From Verrucomicrobiota bacterium (lineage in GTDB: Bacteria > Verrucomicrobiota > Verrucomicrobiia > Methylacidiphilales > Verrucolacustridaceae), in NCBI GenBank assembly GCA_010025475.1, contig RGTE01000001.1, positions 1-36,361 on the forward strand: a DNA stretch of 36,361 bases. Direction: 5' to 3'. Under the pieces are notes generated by a model, which had not been told where the DNA came from, ran no database searches, and saw nothing but the letters and a program-made list of their open reading frames with translations. The position numbers and the translations under genes were made by a program. Below, one piece after another: positions 35,115-36,361 of the stretch; the first letter of the stretch is position 1, and every line of letters begins with the position of its first letter.

Positions 35115-35187
35115 TGCCGCGTGGTGCAATTGGTAGCACACCACACTCTGGATGTGGGTGTTCTTGGTTCGAGTCCAAGCGCGGCAG
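35115..35187 (+). tRNA. tRNA-Gln (CTG); CCA not encoded
   Basis: Acceptor stem TGCCGCG/CGCGGCA, anticodon arm CCACA-CTCTGGA-TGTGG, T arm CTTGG-TTCGAGT-CCAAG. Confidence 0.95.
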
Positions 35188-35189
35188 CA

Positions 35190-35213
35190 ACGGCGGCTCC
35201 GCCGCCGTAGTTT
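35190..35213 (+). terminator. Hairpin after tRNA-Gln, possible terminator
   Basis: ACGGCGG-CTCCG-CCGCCGT followed by AGTTT. Confidence 0.5.
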
Positions 35214-35314
35214 AAGTGTGCCCTCGGCTATTCATCGCGAGACACCACCCCGCATTACTTTCCGTCTCGCCGAAAAAGCCGCGCACCAAAATCCCAAATT
35301 CAGCCTTACTAAAG

Positions 35315-35332
35315 CTTAAACTTAAACTTAAA
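35315..35332. repeat. (CTTAAA)3 tandem hexamer repeat
   Basis: cttaaa cttaaa cttaaa, flanked by degenerate units ctaaag and ctaact, just upstream of rsmI. Confidence 0.8.
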
Positions 35333-35341
35333 CTAACTCCC

Positions 35342-36019
35342 GTGATCCCCGGCCGTCTCTTCGTGGTGGGAACTCCGATCGGCAACCTTTCCGATCTCTC
35401 CCCTCGCGCCCGGGAAGCCCTCGCCACCGCCGACCTCATCGCCGCCGAGGACACCCGCCGCACCGGCCTTCTCCTCCAACACCTCGGCCTCAAAAAACCC
35501 CTCCTCAGTTATCAAAAATTCAACGAGGCCTCCCGGGAGAACGTTCTGCTGGACCGGCTTCGCTCGGGTCAAACCATCGCCCTGGTCACCGATGGGGGCA
35601 TGCCGGGAATTTCCGATCCCGGAGAACGAATCATCCGAGCTGCTGGGAAGGAAAATCTGCGGGTCGAGGTCGTTCCGGGTCCTTCCGCCGTTCTCCATGC
35701 ATTGGTGGCCAGCGGCTTACCCACCCTACCCTTCACCTTTGGCGGTTTTTTGCCTCCCAAGCCCGGGCCCCGGAAAAAGGAACTGGCCGCCGCCGCCGCC
35801 CGCGGTCACACCTCCGTCTACTTTGAATCCCCCCACCGGATCACCCGCGCCCTTGCTGAGGCTGCCGAGGTTTTGCCGCCGGAAACCCGGCTGGCCGTGT
35901 GCCGCGAGTTGACCAAGAAATTTGAGGAAGTCTTTGTCGGCACCCCGGCCGAGGCTGCCGCCAAATTTGGCGAAAACACCAAGGGCGAAATCACTCTCGT
36001 GATCTCGCCCTTGGGCTAA
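35342..36019 (+). CDS. rsmI: 16S rRNA (cytidine-2'-O)-methyltransferase RsmI
   Basis: LFVVGTPIGNLSD, AAEDTRRT, VTDGGMPGISDPG, VPGPSA, FESPHRI, CRELTKKFEE and KGEITLVI. Confidence 0.95.
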   Translation: MIPGRLFVVGTPIGNLSDLSPRAREALATADLIAAEDTRRTGLLLQHLGLKKPLLSYQKFNEASRENVLLDRLRSGQTIALVTDGGMPGISDPGERIIRAAGKENLRVEVVPGPSAVLHALVASGLPTLPFTFGGFLPPKPGPRKKELAAAAARGHTSVYFESPHRITRALAEAAEVLPPETRLAVCRELTKKFEEVFVGTPAEAAAKFGENTKGEITLVISPLG

Positions 36020-36037
36020 ACCGCCTCTTGGTTTTGG

Positions 36038-36361
36038 TTACTGCGTGTTGGTCCCCTTCACGATCTTCTTGTTCTTATAGAGCGTGTCTCGCAACGCATC
36101 GACCGCGGTGACCATCTCGCGGGCCGACTTTTTGGCACCCTCGATCTGGTTCTTGGCCGCGTTAACCGAATCGGCGCTAAAGGAAGATTCAAAATACTTC
36201 CGGAGATCTTTCAGCAGGCCGACCAGGTCGTTGGCGTCTCCCCCCACGTCCCGCATCTGCTTGTCCAAGGAGTCAAAATCCGCCTTGGCCTTGTCGATCT
36301 GGTCATTGGTCAGCTTCCGCATGTCCTTGTCGGTCATGCCGGAGACTTCCTTGGTCCAGGC
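36038..36361 (-). CDS. 3' part of a helical/coiled-coil hypothetical protein (truncated by window end)
   Basis: The frame is open to the window edge (AWTKEVSG-MTDKDMRK...). Lys/Asp-rich helical composition. Confidence 0.7.
   Translation of the reverse strand, partial: AWTKEVSGMTDKDMRKLTNDQIDKAKADFDSLDKQMRDVGGDANDLVGLLKDLRKYFESSFSADSVNAAKNQIEGAKKSAREMVTAVDALRDTLYKNKKIVKGTNTQ

Noticed and set aside
35216-35341. LKLKLKL N-terminal extension of RsmI
   Set aside because: It is a translation of the CTTAAA repeat. The RsmI motif starts right after GTG 35342.
1-36361. CRISPR array, IS elements, defence or toxin-antitoxin systems
   Set aside because: No regularly spaced direct repeats and no transposase, Cas, restriction or recognisable toxin motifs were found by eye.

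Overview
GC-rich, densely packed bacterial chromosomal segment with about 40 CDS and two tRNAs. It is most consistent with Verrucomicrobiota/PVC, inferred from the DUF1800-DUF1501 pair, a TIGR04073-like protein and a membrane-anchored TPR protein. No transposase, integrase, phage gene or CRISPR array is visible. Housekeeping genes include a TrmA/RlmD-like methyltransferase, a stand-alone 5'-3' exonuclease, hemW, queD, purU, ligA, ilvH-ilvC-leuA, hisI, a PpiC lipoprotein and rsmI. Many cell-wall turnover genes are present: two amidases, LysM proteins, a serine hydrolase, an acyltransferase_3, VanZ and a sugar kinase-MurQ fusion. ZIP, CDF, ABC and TauE transporters also occur. Most notable observations: (1) an RRM protein with an RNase E/MinD-like amphipathic helix between Arg/Gly-rich tracts, preceded by a ~240-nt strongly base-paired leader; (2) a stand-alone flap endonuclease ending in a beta-clamp-type motif (QADLF); (3) the kinase-etherase fusion; (4) unusual translation starts: a CTG start overlapping an upstream stop, two divergent genes sharing CATATG, and a recurring TANNNT-N6-ATG leaderless signature. 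All family calls come from motif recognition by eye, with no database searches.
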